Source: Actinophytocola sp.
GTDB lineage: Bacteria; Actinomycetota; Actinomycetes; Mycobacteriales; Pseudonocardiaceae
Length of the DNA stretch: 64,000 nt
Assembly: GCF_036378875.1 (NCBI RefSeq)
Contig: NZ_DASUVO010000140.1
Coordinates: 30,864 to 94,863 of the forward strand
Reading direction: 5' to 3'
Below the pieces are notes generated by a model. It had not been told where the DNA came from. It did no database searches and saw only the letters and a list, made by a program, of their open reading frames with translations. Shown here one piece after another: positions 20,521 to 30,207 of this stretch; positions within the stretch are counted from its first letter, which is position 1; the number at the start of each line of letters is the position of its first letter. The translations under genes were made by a program, and so were the position numbers.

Positions 20521-20870
20521 CTACGCGGTGACTGCCTGCGCTACCAGCGACTCGGGACAGATCTGTTCGACGCGGTCGCGCCGGGTGTACATGTCCCAGT
20601 AGTGCTCGGCGAGGTCGTCCGGGTCGACGGTGGGAATCTCGACACCGCCGGGCAGCTCCGCAGGGATATCGGGCTGGGCGGCGGCCTCGGCCAGTTCGCT
20701 GCCGCCGACGGAGGCGATGGCCAGGGTGCCCGCGTAGACGCCGGTTCCGGCCAGTTCGCCGTTGAGGGAGGACAGGTAGTTGCGAGCAGCCGACATCACG
20801 GCCCGACGCCGCTGAGATACGGGATCGGCCGCACCGCGGAGTAGCCGTGGGTGAGCAGGATGGCGACCAT
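20521..20870 (-). pseudogene. SDR-family C-terminal fragment with frameshift
   Basis: LLTHGYSAVRPIPYLSGVGP / VMSAARNYLSSLNGELAGTGVYAGTLAI...VDPDDLAEHYWDM; frame break near 20800. The 5' limit is approximate. Confidence 0.6.
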
Positions 20871-20961
20871 CGCTCCCCGCAAGGTGCGCCTGGTCCAGTG
20901 CAAACGGCAGGACATGCCCGCCGACATGGGGATTCCATGTCGGCGGGCTGGAGCATCGGGG

Positions 20962-21768
20962 TCAGGGTTTGTCGGTCACCGCGACCAGGTACTCCCATTC
21001 GCTGCGAAGGGTGTCTCTCGCGGAGACGTTCGACGCCGTGGCGAGGGTGATCATGTCCTCGCGGAGGGCGCGTTGGGCCACCTCGTCCAGGCGGGCCGCC
21101 GCGGCGTGGGTCGGGCCGTAGTGGGTGAGGAAGAAGTCGGCGAAGTGCTCCTCGGACGGGAAGCGCTGGGTGACCGTCGTCGTGGTCGTCGAGACCGCGT
21201 GGCCGGCCAGGAGTGAACGCACGGCCTCCTCGTCGCCCCAGCGGGTGGGGGGTAGGGCCCCCGCTGGGGGCGGCGCGTGCCGGGAGACGGTCTTCAGCAA
21301 CTGGCCGACGAAGCCGGCCGGTGTCCAGCTCGCGATCGCGATGCGGCCGCCCGGCCGGCACACCCGCACGAGTTCGTCGGCGGCGCGCTGGTGGTCCGCG
21401 GTGAACATGACGCCGATGGCCGAGAACACGTAGTCGAAGCTGTCGTCCTCGAACGGCAGGTTCTCCGCGTCGGCCACCAGGAAGTCGATGTCCAGGTCCT
21501 CGGCGGCCGCGCGCCGGCGCGCGGCGTCGACCAGGTCGGGGACGTAGTCGATGCCGGTGACGTCGCAGAACCGGCGGGCGGCGGCGATCGCGACGTGCCC
21601 GGTGCCGGTCGCCACGTCCAGCACCCGCGCGCCGGGGCGGAGGTCGGCGGCCTCGACGAGGGTCTCGGCCAGCGGGACGGTGACCCAGGCGATCCTGCCG
21701 TAGTCGCCGCTGCTCCACACCTTGTGCTGCTTGGTCTTGATCTCGTCGAACGAAAGGGCGGTACTCAT
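20962..21768 (-). CDS. Class I SAM-dependent methyltransferase
   Basis: RVLDVATGTGH (motif I), DAENLPFEDDSFD and ELVRVCRPGGRI; GAAGGAAG RBS. Confidence 0.9.
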   Translation of the reverse strand: MSTALSFDEIKTKQHKVWSSGDYGRIAWVTVPLAETLVEAADLRPGARVLDVATGTGHVAIAAARRFCDVTGIDYVPDLVDAARRRAAAEDLDIDFLVADAENLPFEDDSFDYVFSAIGVMFTADHQRAADELVRVCRPGGRIAIASWTPAGFVGQLLKTVSRHAPPPAGALPPTRWGDEEAVRSLLAGHAVSTTTTTVTQRFPSEEHFADFFLTHYGPTHAAAARLDEVAQRALREDMITLATASNVSARDTLRSEWEYLVAVTDKP

Positions 21769-23657
21769 TGTGTTACTTCCTTCTTGTCGTGCCTTTCTGG
21801 CATCGGATAGGGAGAGATGATCCGCAGGTAGGAGTCGGGGACGCCGTGGTCGCGGACGCGGTCGGCGTCGCGGCGCCCCGTGATCGTGCGGAAGAGCTCG
21901 TGGCGGTCGGCGGTGACCGTGGCGCCCGGCGAACCGTGGCCCAGCACCCACTCCCGCCCCTCGCCGCGCAACCGCAGCGCGGGCAGCCCACGGGCGACGA
22001 TCCGGGCGTGCAGCCACTGCCGGTACATCGCGAACCCGAACCGCGCCACGGGCGACGACGGATCCGGCGGCAGGTCGAGCGCCTCGCGCAGGTCGTCGAG
22101 GTGCACTGACAGGTCCGCGGCGGCCGCGGCGACGAGCCAGGCCGGCGTGTCGGCCGCGGCCCCGGTGCCGCGCCGCAGCATGCCGACCAGCGCACTGCTG
22201 TGCTCGTCGAACTCGCGCAGCAGGGCCGGGACGTCGAGTCCGGCACGTGCGGCGACCTGGCCTGCGGTCCAGCGGTCTCGTGCCGCGGCGAGACGGGGAT
22301 CGCGCCAGGCGTCCATCGCGTCCGCGAAGTACGTGCCGCGCACGGAGTCCTCGGCGATGCCGGTCAGGTGGGCCACGAGGTCCTTGACCGTCCACTCCGG
22401 ACACGCGGGTACCACGGTCCCGAGCATGACCGGATCGAGGTCCTCGACCAGGGACCGCACCTGGCGCCGCCCGTCCTCGTACGCGCCGGCGGCGCCCCAG
22501 CGGGCGACCCGGTCCGGCGTGAACACCTCCGACGGGCGGCGCCGCTTGGTGAACGTGTCCAGGAAGCCCTGCCCCGCGACGGGATCGGCCGCGAGCCCGG
22601 CGTAGTGGGTGGTCGCCGCGGTGGTACCGAAGCGGGCCAGCCGGTAGGAGAAGTCGTAGTGCTCGGCGGCCCGGGAGTCGCGCCACCGCTGGTAGCCGCC
22701 GAGATCGTCGCCGTCGCTCAACGCCGCGGCGAGGTACCACGCCTGCTGCACGGCGTCCCCGATGCCCTGCGCGGTGACGGGGTGCTTGAAGTGGCCCGCG
22801 TCGCCGAGCAGCGCCCAGCCGGGACCCGCCGCCTGGCGGTAATAGCCGCGCATCATCGTCTCGGGCACCACGATCAGCGGCGAGATCCGCGACGCGTCGT
22901 CGAGCAGCCTCGGGTTGAACACCGCGGGGAACTGCCGCAGCCCGTCGCGGTAGCGCTGCTCGCGGACCTCGGCGGAGCCACGCGTGATCTCCGGTGGTCC
23001 GGCGACCGAAAGCAGGTGGATGCCGTCCTCGCACGGCACCGACATCAGCGCCGCCCGCTCGTGCATGTCGATGTGGCACCACTCGGACGCGGGCAACCCG
23101 CGCCAGTACGCCATGAGGAAGGCCATCTCGCCCCGGCTTTCCCGCGACGCGGGCAGGTGCAGGCGCCGTGCGACCGTCGACATGCGACCGTCCGCGCCGA
23201 ACACCCACCGCGCCTCGACGCGTTCCCCGGTGTCCAGGACGACCCCGCGCACCGGGTCGCTGCCGATCAGGTCGCGCACCTGGTGGCCGAACAGGGTCTG
23301 CGCGCCGGCCTCGCGTGCCGTGTCGACCAGCGCGGCGTCCAGCACGATCCGCCGCACGCAGGCGCCGCGGTCGAACCGGCCCACCGGGGTGAAGTCGCCG
23401 CCGACCTGGTGCCCGTGCACCCGCCAGCCGAAGTGGACGAACGGGATACGGTGCTCGGCCTGTAGTCGGCGCAGAACGCCGAGCTCGTCCAGACGGTGCA
23501 GGGTGTCCGGGAACATCATGTGCGTGGAGACGGTGTCGCTGGGGAACCGGTCACGGTCCACGAGGAGCACGCGCCGCCCGGCCCTGGCCAGCAGGGTCGC
23601 GAGGGTCGCTCCCGCGACGCGGGCCCCAACGATGATCGCGTCGTATCGCTCGCTCAT
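21765..23657 (-). CDS. Fusion of a FAD-dependent oxidoreductase (geranylgeranyl-reductase/monooxygenase superfamily) and an MDMPI/DinB-like domain
   Basis: IIVGARVAG, FPSDTVSTH, FGADG and LLGDAGHFKHPVTAQGIGDA, then in-frame VPACPEWTVKDLVAHLTG...DLSVHLDDL...ELFRTITGRR. Single frame of 630 aa. Confidence 0.85.
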   Translation of the reverse strand: MSERYDAIIVGARVAGATLATLLARAGRRVLLVDRDRFPSDTVSTHMMFPDTLHRLDELGVLRRLQAEHRIPFVHFGWRVHGHQVGGDFTPVGRFDRGACVRRIVLDAALVDTAREAGAQTLFGHQVRDLIGSDPVRGVVLDTGERVEARWVFGADGRMSTVARRLHLPASRESRGEMAFLMAYWRGLPASEWCHIDMHERAALMSVPCEDGIHLLSVAGPPEITRGSAEVREQRYRDGLRQFPAVFNPRLLDDASRISPLIVVPETMMRGYYRQAAGPGWALLGDAGHFKHPVTAQGIGDAVQQAWYLAAALSDGDDLGGYQRWRDSRAAEHYDFSYRLARFGTTAATTHYAGLAADPVAGQGFLDTFTKRRRPSEVFTPDRVARWGAAGAYEDGRRQVRSLVEDLDPVMLGTVVPACPEWTVKDLVAHLTGIAEDSVRGTYFADAMDAWRDPRLAAARDRWTAGQVAARAGLDVPALLREFDEHSSALVGMLRRGTGAAADTPAWLVAAAAADLSVHLDDLREALDLPPDPSSPVARFGFAMYRQWLHARIVARGLPALRLRGEGREWVLGHGSPGATVTADRHELFRTITGRRDADRVRDHGVPDSYLRIISPYPMPERHDKKEVTQ

Positions 23658-24817
23658 CGCACACCAACCTTCGCGCGGACCTGGGGGGCCACGGTGATCC
23701 CGACCGACAGCAGCAGCAGGATGGCCAGGACGGCGCCGAGCCCGGACCACCCGGCCAGGGTGAGGCCGAGGCCGCCCAGCGCGCTGCCGCCGAAGTACCC
23801 GAACTGCACGGCGGCCGCACGCACGCTCATCGCCTGCAAGGGAGCGGCGCCGAGGTCGAGCCCGAGGGAGCTGCCGGCCATCATCCGCATCCCGGCGATC
23901 AACGCGGTCAGGGTGAACAGCGCGACCGACACCCCGAAGGAGGGCCGGACCGAGCCGAGCAGCAATGCCGCGGCGGACAGGGCCGGACTCGTGGTCAGCA
24001 CCAGGCGGTGCGCGGCCACCGCAACCCAGCGCCGGGCGACGAGAGTGCCCACGATGTACGCGGCCGCGCCAGCGCCCAGTGCCGCCCCGGCCGTGGTGAC
24101 CGACACCCCGTGGGCGTCGGTGACCAGGCTCCCGGTGTAGACGAGGACGCCCGCCCAGCCGGCGAAGGCCAGCAGCTCCGCGGCGGCCCAGCGTGCCACG
24201 CCGGGCCGCCGCAGTGGCGAGCCGACGGCGGCCGGTTCTGGTTCGTCGCGCCCGCGGGCACGGACCCCGGTGAGCGCGACCGCGCTGGCCACGAGAGGGA
24301 GCAACCAGATCAGCCGCCAGCTGTGTGCGCCGAGTACGCCGACGATCGGCATACCCACGACCCATGCGGCGGGCTGACCGTTCAGTGCCCAGGCCAGCAC
24401 AGTGGCGCGCTCGCCGTCCTCGGCCCACCGCGCGGGCGCGGCCAGGCCGGCGGCGAGGACCAACGCCATGCCGGCGCCGAGGATGACCTGCGCGGTGGCG
24501 AGAACCTCGAAGGTCGGCGCGACCGCGCTGGCCACGGACGCGATCGCGATCGACGTGAGCCCGGCGGCCAGTAGGTCGCGCAGGTTCCAGCGACGCCGGC
24601 CGGCGAGCAGGCCGAGCGCCACGAGCGCGGCGACAGCGCCGGAGACCGACCGGAGCTGGCCGGCGGCCGCGGTCGAGACCCCGAAGTCCCGGGCGACGTC
24701 GGACAGCACCGGGGTCAGGACGAGGAGGCCGGACTGTCCGGCGAACAGGCACCCGAACAGGGTGGCGGTGGGAGACTTCATCGTGAGTCCGTTGTTGCTA
24801 CTGGTCATGGCGTTCAC
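23654..24817 (-). CDS. MFS transporter (drug/H+ antiporter-like)
   Basis: About 12 hydrophobic helices; LTPVLSDVARDFGVS...; start uncertain (24817, 24808 or 24782). Confidence 0.8.
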   Translation of the reverse strand: MNAMTSSNNGLTMKSPTATLFGCLFAGQSGLLVLTPVLSDVARDFGVSTAAAGQLRSVSGAVAALVALGLLAGRRRWNLRDLLAAGLTSIAIASVASAVAPTFEVLATAQVILGAGMALVLAAGLAAPARWAEDGERATVLAWALNGQPAAWVVGMPIVGVLGAHSWRLIWLLPLVASAVALTGVRARGRDEPEPAAVGSPLRRPGVARWAAAELLAFAGWAGVLVYTGSLVTDAHGVSVTTAGAALGAGAAAYIVGTLVARRWVAVAAHRLVLTTSPALSAAALLLGSVRPSFGVSVALFTLTALIAGMRMMAGSSLGLDLGAAPLQAMSVRAAAVQFGYFGGSALGGLGLTLAGWSGLGAVLAILLLLSVGITVAPQVRAKVGVR

Positions 24818-24854
24818 GATCGGCGGCCGGTGTTGAAGATCCGTGCAAGTGCCG

Positions 24855-27800
24855 TTAAAGCAGGTCGCGCCACCGGCCAGCGGCGCCGATCTCGTCGAGG
24901 ACCTCGGCGGCGGCGCGCAGCCTCGGGGCCGGGTCGTCGCTCACCCGTGCCCAGTCGCGCAGGGCCAGCGCCCGCCGCCACGGCAGCCGGAGCTCGGTGA
25001 AGACGCGCACCGCGTTCTCGTGGGCGGCATCGGACTCGCCAGGCCGCCCACGGGCGGCGGCCAGGGCACCACGAGCGAGTTCGACCGCACCCAGCCGGCC
25101 GCGCCAGTCCTCGCCGCCGGCGAGGATCTCGTCGCAGCGGGACAGGTGTTCGGCGGCCGTATCGGCCTCCCCGCCCGTGGCGTGGACGCGAGCCAGCTCG
25201 GCCCGGACGAGCAGCTCGGCCGGCACCTGGGGGCCGTCGACAGCGAGGGCCAGGGCCTGCCCGAGTGCGGTGAGCGCGCCGTCCCGATCGTCGAGCAGCA
25301 GGCGGGCACCGGCCAGCCAGCACGCGTTGAGCACGGCGTCGTGCCGGTCCCCGGCGGACTCGTCGGCCGCGAGCGCCGCGGCCCACGCCTGTTCCGCGCG
25401 TTCCCACTCGCCGTCGAGGAGCAGCAGGAACCGCCTGCTCACGGCATCGGCGGGCAGGGGCTCCGCAGCGCGTAGGGCAACCCGCAGCTCACCCATGGCC
25501 GCCGCGGCGAGCACGAGCTGGTCGACGACGGTGTCGTGCGGGAACCTGAACGTGTCGAAGCGGGCCTGGGTCAGGCCGCGGCGGCACCACATCCTGCCCG
25601 CGCCGGGATCGAGCAGGTACTCGGTCGCGCACAGTGCGGCCGCGTTCACCGCCCCCCAGCTCAGGTACGCGTCGCCGAGCGCGTGTGCGGCCGCCCACCC
25701 CCGCTCGAACGCGGCTGCCGCCTCGGCCAGCTCGCCGCGGTTGAACGCGAACCAGCCGCGACCCCACGCCGCGAGCACGCCGAGGTCTCGCCTGTCCAGC
25801 TCCTCGGCCAGCGCCATGGCGTCCGCCGAGGCCGTCCCGAGCAGGTCTGTTCGCAGCCCGTACATGGCCGCCTGGGCGAGGCCCCGGAGCATCTGGAAGT
25901 CGGGGCCGCCGTCCTCGCGCAGCCGGCGCGCGGCGGTGAAGTGCTCGATCGCGCGCGGGATGTCCATCACCGAGTGGTGGGTGGACAGCGCACCCCCGAT
26001 GCGGCCGTGCACCGACGCGGCCGCGCTGTCGTCCTGGGTGTGCTCGAGCGCCGACTCGAGGAGCCGGACGGCGTCGCGGTAGCCGATGCTCGACCTGATC
26101 CGGAGCATGGCCGCCCGCACCTCCGCGTCCGCCAGCCGGCCCGGGGGCGCGTTCGCGTTGGTGAGCAGGCCGACCGCGGCCTCGGCGTGGGCGATGGCCG
26201 CGTCCCACGCGTAGAGCCGCCGTGCCTCGTCGGCGGCCCGGAGGCTGATTTCCGCCGCCTGCACGGGATCCGCCGCTGGGCCGGCGGCGCGCAGGTGCAC
26301 CGCCGCGGTGACCACGTCGCTCGACCGCTCCGACTCCAGCAGCGCCGTCGCGGCCCGCACGTGGAGGCGTCGGCGTCGCGGGACGGGCAGGTCGGCGTAC
26401 ACCGCGTCGCGCATCAGGTCGTGGGGGAACGCGTAGCTGACCGTCCACGAGCTGCCCGACACCACGAGGAAGCCAGCGCCGACCGCGTCCTCGACCGCGT
26501 CGATCAGGTCGTCCTCCGACTCGTCGGCGAGCCGCAGCAGCAAGGAGAACTCCACCTCACGGCCGAGCACCGCGGCGCGGCCGACGACGTCCTGGGTCCG
26601 CTCCGGCAGGCCGCGCAGCCGGTGCCGCAGGATGTCCCGCACACCGGCGGGCACCGGCCAGCCGTGGCCGCCCAGCTCCCCACGGGAGTCGAGGTCGCGG
26701 ACGACTTCCGTGGCGTAGAGCGGGTTTCCGCCGGTGTTGTGCCACAGCTGCCGGACGAACCCCTCGGGCGGATCGGTGGCGATCAGCTCGGCCACCAGCG
26801 CCCCGAGGTCCTCTTCGGACAGTGGGCGCAGGTCGAGCCGCTCCGCGACGCCGCGTCCCCCGATCTCGGCGAGCAGCTCCAGCAGCGGGCCGTGCCTGCC
26901 GCCGGGCGGGTCGCGGAAGCACACAGCGACGAGCACGTGCCCGGGCAGGTGTCTGATCAGGTGCCCGAGCAGCAGCGCGCTCGCCCGGTCGACGCGTTCG
27001 GCCTCCTCCACCACCACGGCCACCGGGGCGAGGGCCGCGAGCCGCGCGAGCACCCACCCGACCGCGCCGAACACGGCCTCCCGGTCCTCGGCCCGTGCGT
27101 CGGCCCGTGACTCGGCCGGCAGGTCGAGCAGGGCGGCTAGCCGGTCCCGGACGGCCTCGGGCGCGCCGGCGAGCACGGCCGCGGCGTCCACACTGGACCG
27201 CAGCGCGTCGGCGACCGGCTGGTAGGGCACCGCCGTCGCGTGATCGCAGCGCCCGACCAGGACCACCGCCGGGTCCGCGGCGACGAGGTGGGCGAACTCG
27301 GCGACGAGCCGGGTCTTGCCGACCCCGGCCTCGCCGGAGACCACCACGACCCGCCGGTCGCCGTCGCGAACCGCCCGCCACAGGTCCAGCAGCCGGCCGA
27401 GCTCCGCGGACCGTCCCACGAGCCGCACCCGACGGGCCACGGACAGCAACGCGTCCGGCGGGGCGACCGCCGGAGTGCCCGCGGGACGCGCGGCATGGTC
27501 CGCGCGCGGTGCGAGCGTGGGGTCGTGGCGCAGGATCGCGGTCTCCAGCTCCGCGAGCGCCGGTCCCGGGTCCAGTCCGAGCTCGTCGGCGAGCCGCTGC
27601 CGCGCCGCGGCGTACACCGTGAGCGCGTCCACCTGCCTGCCCGACCGGTACAGCGCGAGCATCAGCTGGCCACAGAAGCGTTCCCGGTAAGGGTGGTCCG
27701 CGACCAGCGCCTCGAGCTCGGAGATCACCTCCTGGTGCCGGCCCAGCGCGAGATCGGCCTCGATCCGGCCCTCCAGGGCCACCAGGCGTAGCTCGTCGAG

Positions 27801-28265
27801 CCGGGCGGTCTCGGCCGCGGCGAACTCGGGGTACCCGAGGTCCTCCAGCACCGGCCCGCGCCACTGGGCGAGCGCTTCCCGCAGCAGGCCCGCCGCCCGC
27901 TGCGGGTCACCGAGGCCGAGGGACTCCTGCCCCAGCCCGGCGGTCCGCTCGAACCGGTACGCGTCGACCTGCTCGGGGGCCAGTCGCAGCCGGTAGCCCG
28001 GGCGCTCGGTGACGAGCGCCTCCGCGTACGCCAGTAGCCGCTTGCGCAGGTGGGACACGTGGGTGCGCAACGTGACCTCGGCGGCGGCCGGTGGCGTCGG
28101 ACCCCAGAGCGCGTCGATCAGCCGCCCGGCCGGGACGACCCTGCCGAGGTTCAGTGCCAGCACGGCGATGAGCTCACGCTGCTTCGGGCCGCCGAGGTCG
28201 AGCTGGACTCCGTCGGCCACCGCCTCGAGCGGGCCGAGGATGCCGAGCCGCAGTCCGGGCGTCAC
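24855..28265 (-). CDS. AfsR/SARP-type regulator: OmpR-like wHTH + BTAD + AAA/NB-ARC + TPR
   Basis: LGILGPLE, LRTHVSHLRK, VDAYRFE, HPYRERFCGQLMLALYRSGRQ (BTAD), Walker A GEAGVGKT and GGNPLY. Likely start is GTG 28265. Confidence 0.9.
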   Translation of the reverse strand: MTPGLRLGILGPLEAVADGVQLDLGGPKQRELIAVLALNLGRVVPAGRLIDALWGPTPPAAAEVTLRTHVSHLRKRLLAYAEALVTERPGYRLRLAPEQVDAYRFERTAGLGQESLGLGDPQRAAGLLREALAQWRGPVLEDLGYPEFAAAETARLDELRLVALEGRIEADLALGRHQEVISELEALVADHPYRERFCGQLMLALYRSGRQVDALTVYAAARQRLADELGLDPGPALAELETAILRHDPTLAPRADHAARPAGTPAVAPPDALLSVARRVRLVGRSAELGRLLDLWRAVRDGDRRVVVVSGEAGVGKTRLVAEFAHLVAADPAVVLVGRCDHATAVPYQPVADALRSSVDAAAVLAGAPEAVRDRLAALLDLPAESRADARAEDREAVFGAVGWVLARLAALAPVAVVVEEAERVDRASALLLGHLIRHLPGHVLVAVCFRDPPGGRHGPLLELLAEIGGRGVAERLDLRPLSEEDLGALVAELIATDPPEGFVRQLWHNTGGNPLYATEVVRDLDSRGELGGHGWPVPAGVRDILRHRLRGLPERTQDVVGRAAVLGREVEFSLLLRLADESEDDLIDAVEDAVGAGFLVVSGSSWTVSYAFPHDLMRDAVYADLPVPRRRRLHVRAATALLESERSSDVVTAAVHLRAAGPAADPVQAAEISLRAADEARRLYAWDAAIAHAEAAVGLLTNANAPPGRLADAEVRAAMLRIRSSIGYRDAVRLLESALEHTQDDSAAASVHGRIGGALSTHHSVMDIPRAIEHFTAARRLREDGGPDFQMLRGLAQAAMYGLRTDLLGTASADAMALAEELDRRDLGVLAAWGRGWFAFNRGELAEAAAAFERGWAAAHALGDAYLSWGAVNAAALCATEYLLDPGAGRMWCRRGLTQARFDTFRFPHDTVVDQLVLAAAAMGELRVALRAAEPLPADAVSRRFLLLLDGEWERAEQAWAAALAADESAGDRHDAVLNACWLAGARLLLDDRDGALTALGQALALAVDGPQVPAELLVRAELARVHATGGEADTAAEHLSRCDEILAGGEDWRGRLGAVELARGALAAARGRPGESDAAHENAVRVFTELRLPWRRALALRDWARVSDDPAPRLRAAAEVLDEIGAAGRWRDLL

Positions 28266-28679
28266 CAGTGAAAAGTACGCGTTCGGAACCGGAAACGGCG
28301 TGCTCGGTCGCGGAGTGCGTGTCGCAGGTGGACGCAGTGGAATGCCCGAACCACAAGGATTCTCGTCGCCGGTGGCGGTGGCCTGGCGCTCGCGCAGGCG
28401 CTGCACCACGCCGGGCTCGAGGTCGTCTACGAGCAGGACCCGACACCCCGCACCCGGAACCAGGGCTACCGGATCCATCTCGACCCGACCGGCAACGCGG
28501 CCCAGATGTTCGCGGCGACCTGATCAGCCTCCTGCCGGCCGTGAGCTGAACTCAAGTCGATTCGTGGATCTAGCTCAACCATCCACATGACATGGCGTGC
28601 TTCGGACACATGACTGTCCAACTGAGATGAATTCAGTTAACCTACGGCACTGGCGACGTTGCCGCGAAGGAGAACCGCC

Positions 28680-29369
28680 ATGCCGTTCGTGCTCATCCAT
28701 GGCGCCACGTTGGGCGCAAACTGCTGGGACACACTCACCCCGCTGCTCGACGACGAGGTCCTCGCCGTCGACCTGCCTGGCCGCGGCGGCCGAGCGGAGA
28801 CCGACCTCCGTACCGTCACCCTCGCGGACTGCGCCAAGGCCGTGGTCGCCGACATCGAGCGACACGACCTCACCGACGTCGTCCTGGTCGGCCACTCCTT
28901 CGGCGGCGTCACGGTGCCGCTGGTGATGACCCTGATACCCGAACGGATCCGGCACGTTGTGCTGTTGTCCGCCGTCGTCCCCGAGGACCGCACCCGCGTG
29001 CTCGACCAGATCGACCCGGACGTCCGGACCGCGGTCGAAGCCGCCATCGCTGGCGGCATCTACTCGGTCGGCGAAGAGGCAGCGCGAGCGATGCTGTGCA
29101 ACGACGCCGACAACGACCAGTCCGCGTTCATCCTCGACCGTGTCGTCGACGACGCCGCCGCACTACTGACCGAAACCGTGGACCTGAGCGGCTACCGGCT
29201 ACCCATCCCCCGCACCTACATCCACCTGTCCAACGACCACTGCTATCCCCCGGAACTGCAGACCAAGTCCGCCGAACGCATCGGCGCGGGCGTCGTCACG
29301 ATCGACGCGGGGCACATGGCGATGGTGACCGTGCCGGACAAGATCGCCACGATCATGAACGGTCTCTGA
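28680..29369 (+). CDS. Alpha/beta hydrolase (esterase, SABP2/methylesterase-like)
   Basis: FVLIHGA, VGHSFGG nucleophile elbow, D in LSNDHC and H in DAGHMAM. Confidence 0.88.
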   Translation: MPFVLIHGATLGANCWDTLTPLLDDEVLAVDLPGRGGRAETDLRTVTLADCAKAVVADIERHDLTDVVLVGHSFGGVTVPLVMTLIPERIRHVVLLSAVVPEDRTRVLDQIDPDVRTAVEAAIAGGIYSVGEEAARAMLCNDADNDQSAFILDRVVDDAAALLTETVDLSGYRLPIPRTYIHLSNDHCYPPELQTKSAERIGAGVVTIDAGHMAMVTVPDKIATIMNGL

Positions 29370-29484
29370 GACACGACACGCGGGCGTGAACACAGGGACG
29401 GAAGTCCCGGTTGTCGAGGACCGTCGGACCGCAGCGACGGCCGGCGGGCACGACGCATGCTGTTGGTGGCCAAGGAGGAAAGCG

Positions 29485-30207
29485 ATGAGCCACCAGAAGG
29501 TCAAGAACGTCATGAGCACCGATGTCGCCACTGTGCGCGAGGGCACTCCGTTCAAGGACGTGGTCCGCGCACTGTCCCAGCGGGACGTGAGTGCCGTGCC
29601 GGTCGTCGACGACGACCGGCGTGTGCTGGGCGTGGTGTCGGAGGCGGACCTGCTGATCAAGCAGGGGACACAGGAAATCGAGTTCACCCGCTCACTGGCG
29701 AGTTGGTGGCGAGGCAGGCGCAACATCCGCCGCGCCGTCGCGGTCACCGCCGGCCAGCTGATGAGTAAGCCCGCGATCACGGTGCCGGACAACGCAACCG
29801 TGGCAGGCGCGGCCCGGCTGATGACCCAGCACAACGTGAAACGCCTGCCAGTCATCGACCCCGACGGCAAGCTGGTCGGCATCGTCAGCCGCAGGGACGT
29901 GCTGACCGTGTTCCTCCGCAAGGACGAGGACATCCGAGACGACATCGTCGAACGGGTCTTCGAACACGGCATCGGCATCGCGGTCAACCCGGCCACGATC
30001 AGTGTCGAGGTCCGGGACGGCGAGGTCACCCTCACCGGACAGCTCGCTCTGAGAAGCCAGCTGTCCCTGGTCGAGGACATGACCCGCCACATCGACGGCG
30101 TGGTCGACGTCATCGCCTCGCTGACCTACCGCCACGACGACACCCACGAACACATCCCCGAAGGCATGACGGTCGACATCACCCGACCGCCCCGCGTCCA
30201 GTCATGA
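29485..30207 (+). CDS. CBS-pair + BON domain protein
   Basis: VMSTDVATV...SAVPVVDDDRRVLGVVSEADLL; KRLPVIDPDGKLVGIVSRRDVL; BON motif VEVRDGEVTLTG...IDGVVDV. Confidence 0.9.
   Translation: MSHQKVKNVMSTDVATVREGTPFKDVVRALSQRDVSAVPVVDDDRRVLGVVSEADLLIKQGTQEIEFTRSLASWWRGRRNIRRAVAVTAGQLMSKPAITVPDNATVAGAARLMTQHNVKRLPVIDPDGKLVGIVSRRDVLTVFLRKDEDIRDDIVERVFEHGIGIAVNPATISVEVRDGEVTLTGQLALRSQLSLVEDMTRHIDGVVDVIASLTYRHDDTHEHIPEGMTVDITRPPRVQS

Noticed and set aside
18620-21718. 1032-aa minus-strand ORF
   Set aside because: Arg/Gly/Pro-rich shadow frame crossing several real genes and pseudogenes; no domain motifs.
25536-27110. Long antisense ORFs over real genes (also 31249..33045, 41962..43296, 57428..59143 and others)
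   Set aside because: Expected stop-poor antisense frames of high-GC coding DNA.
28545-28640. CTCAA repeats and an AACTGA..TCAGTT dyad as SARP or MerR sites
   Set aside because: Repeat spacing is 23 bp rather than 11 or 22, and the arms are too short to distinguish from chance.
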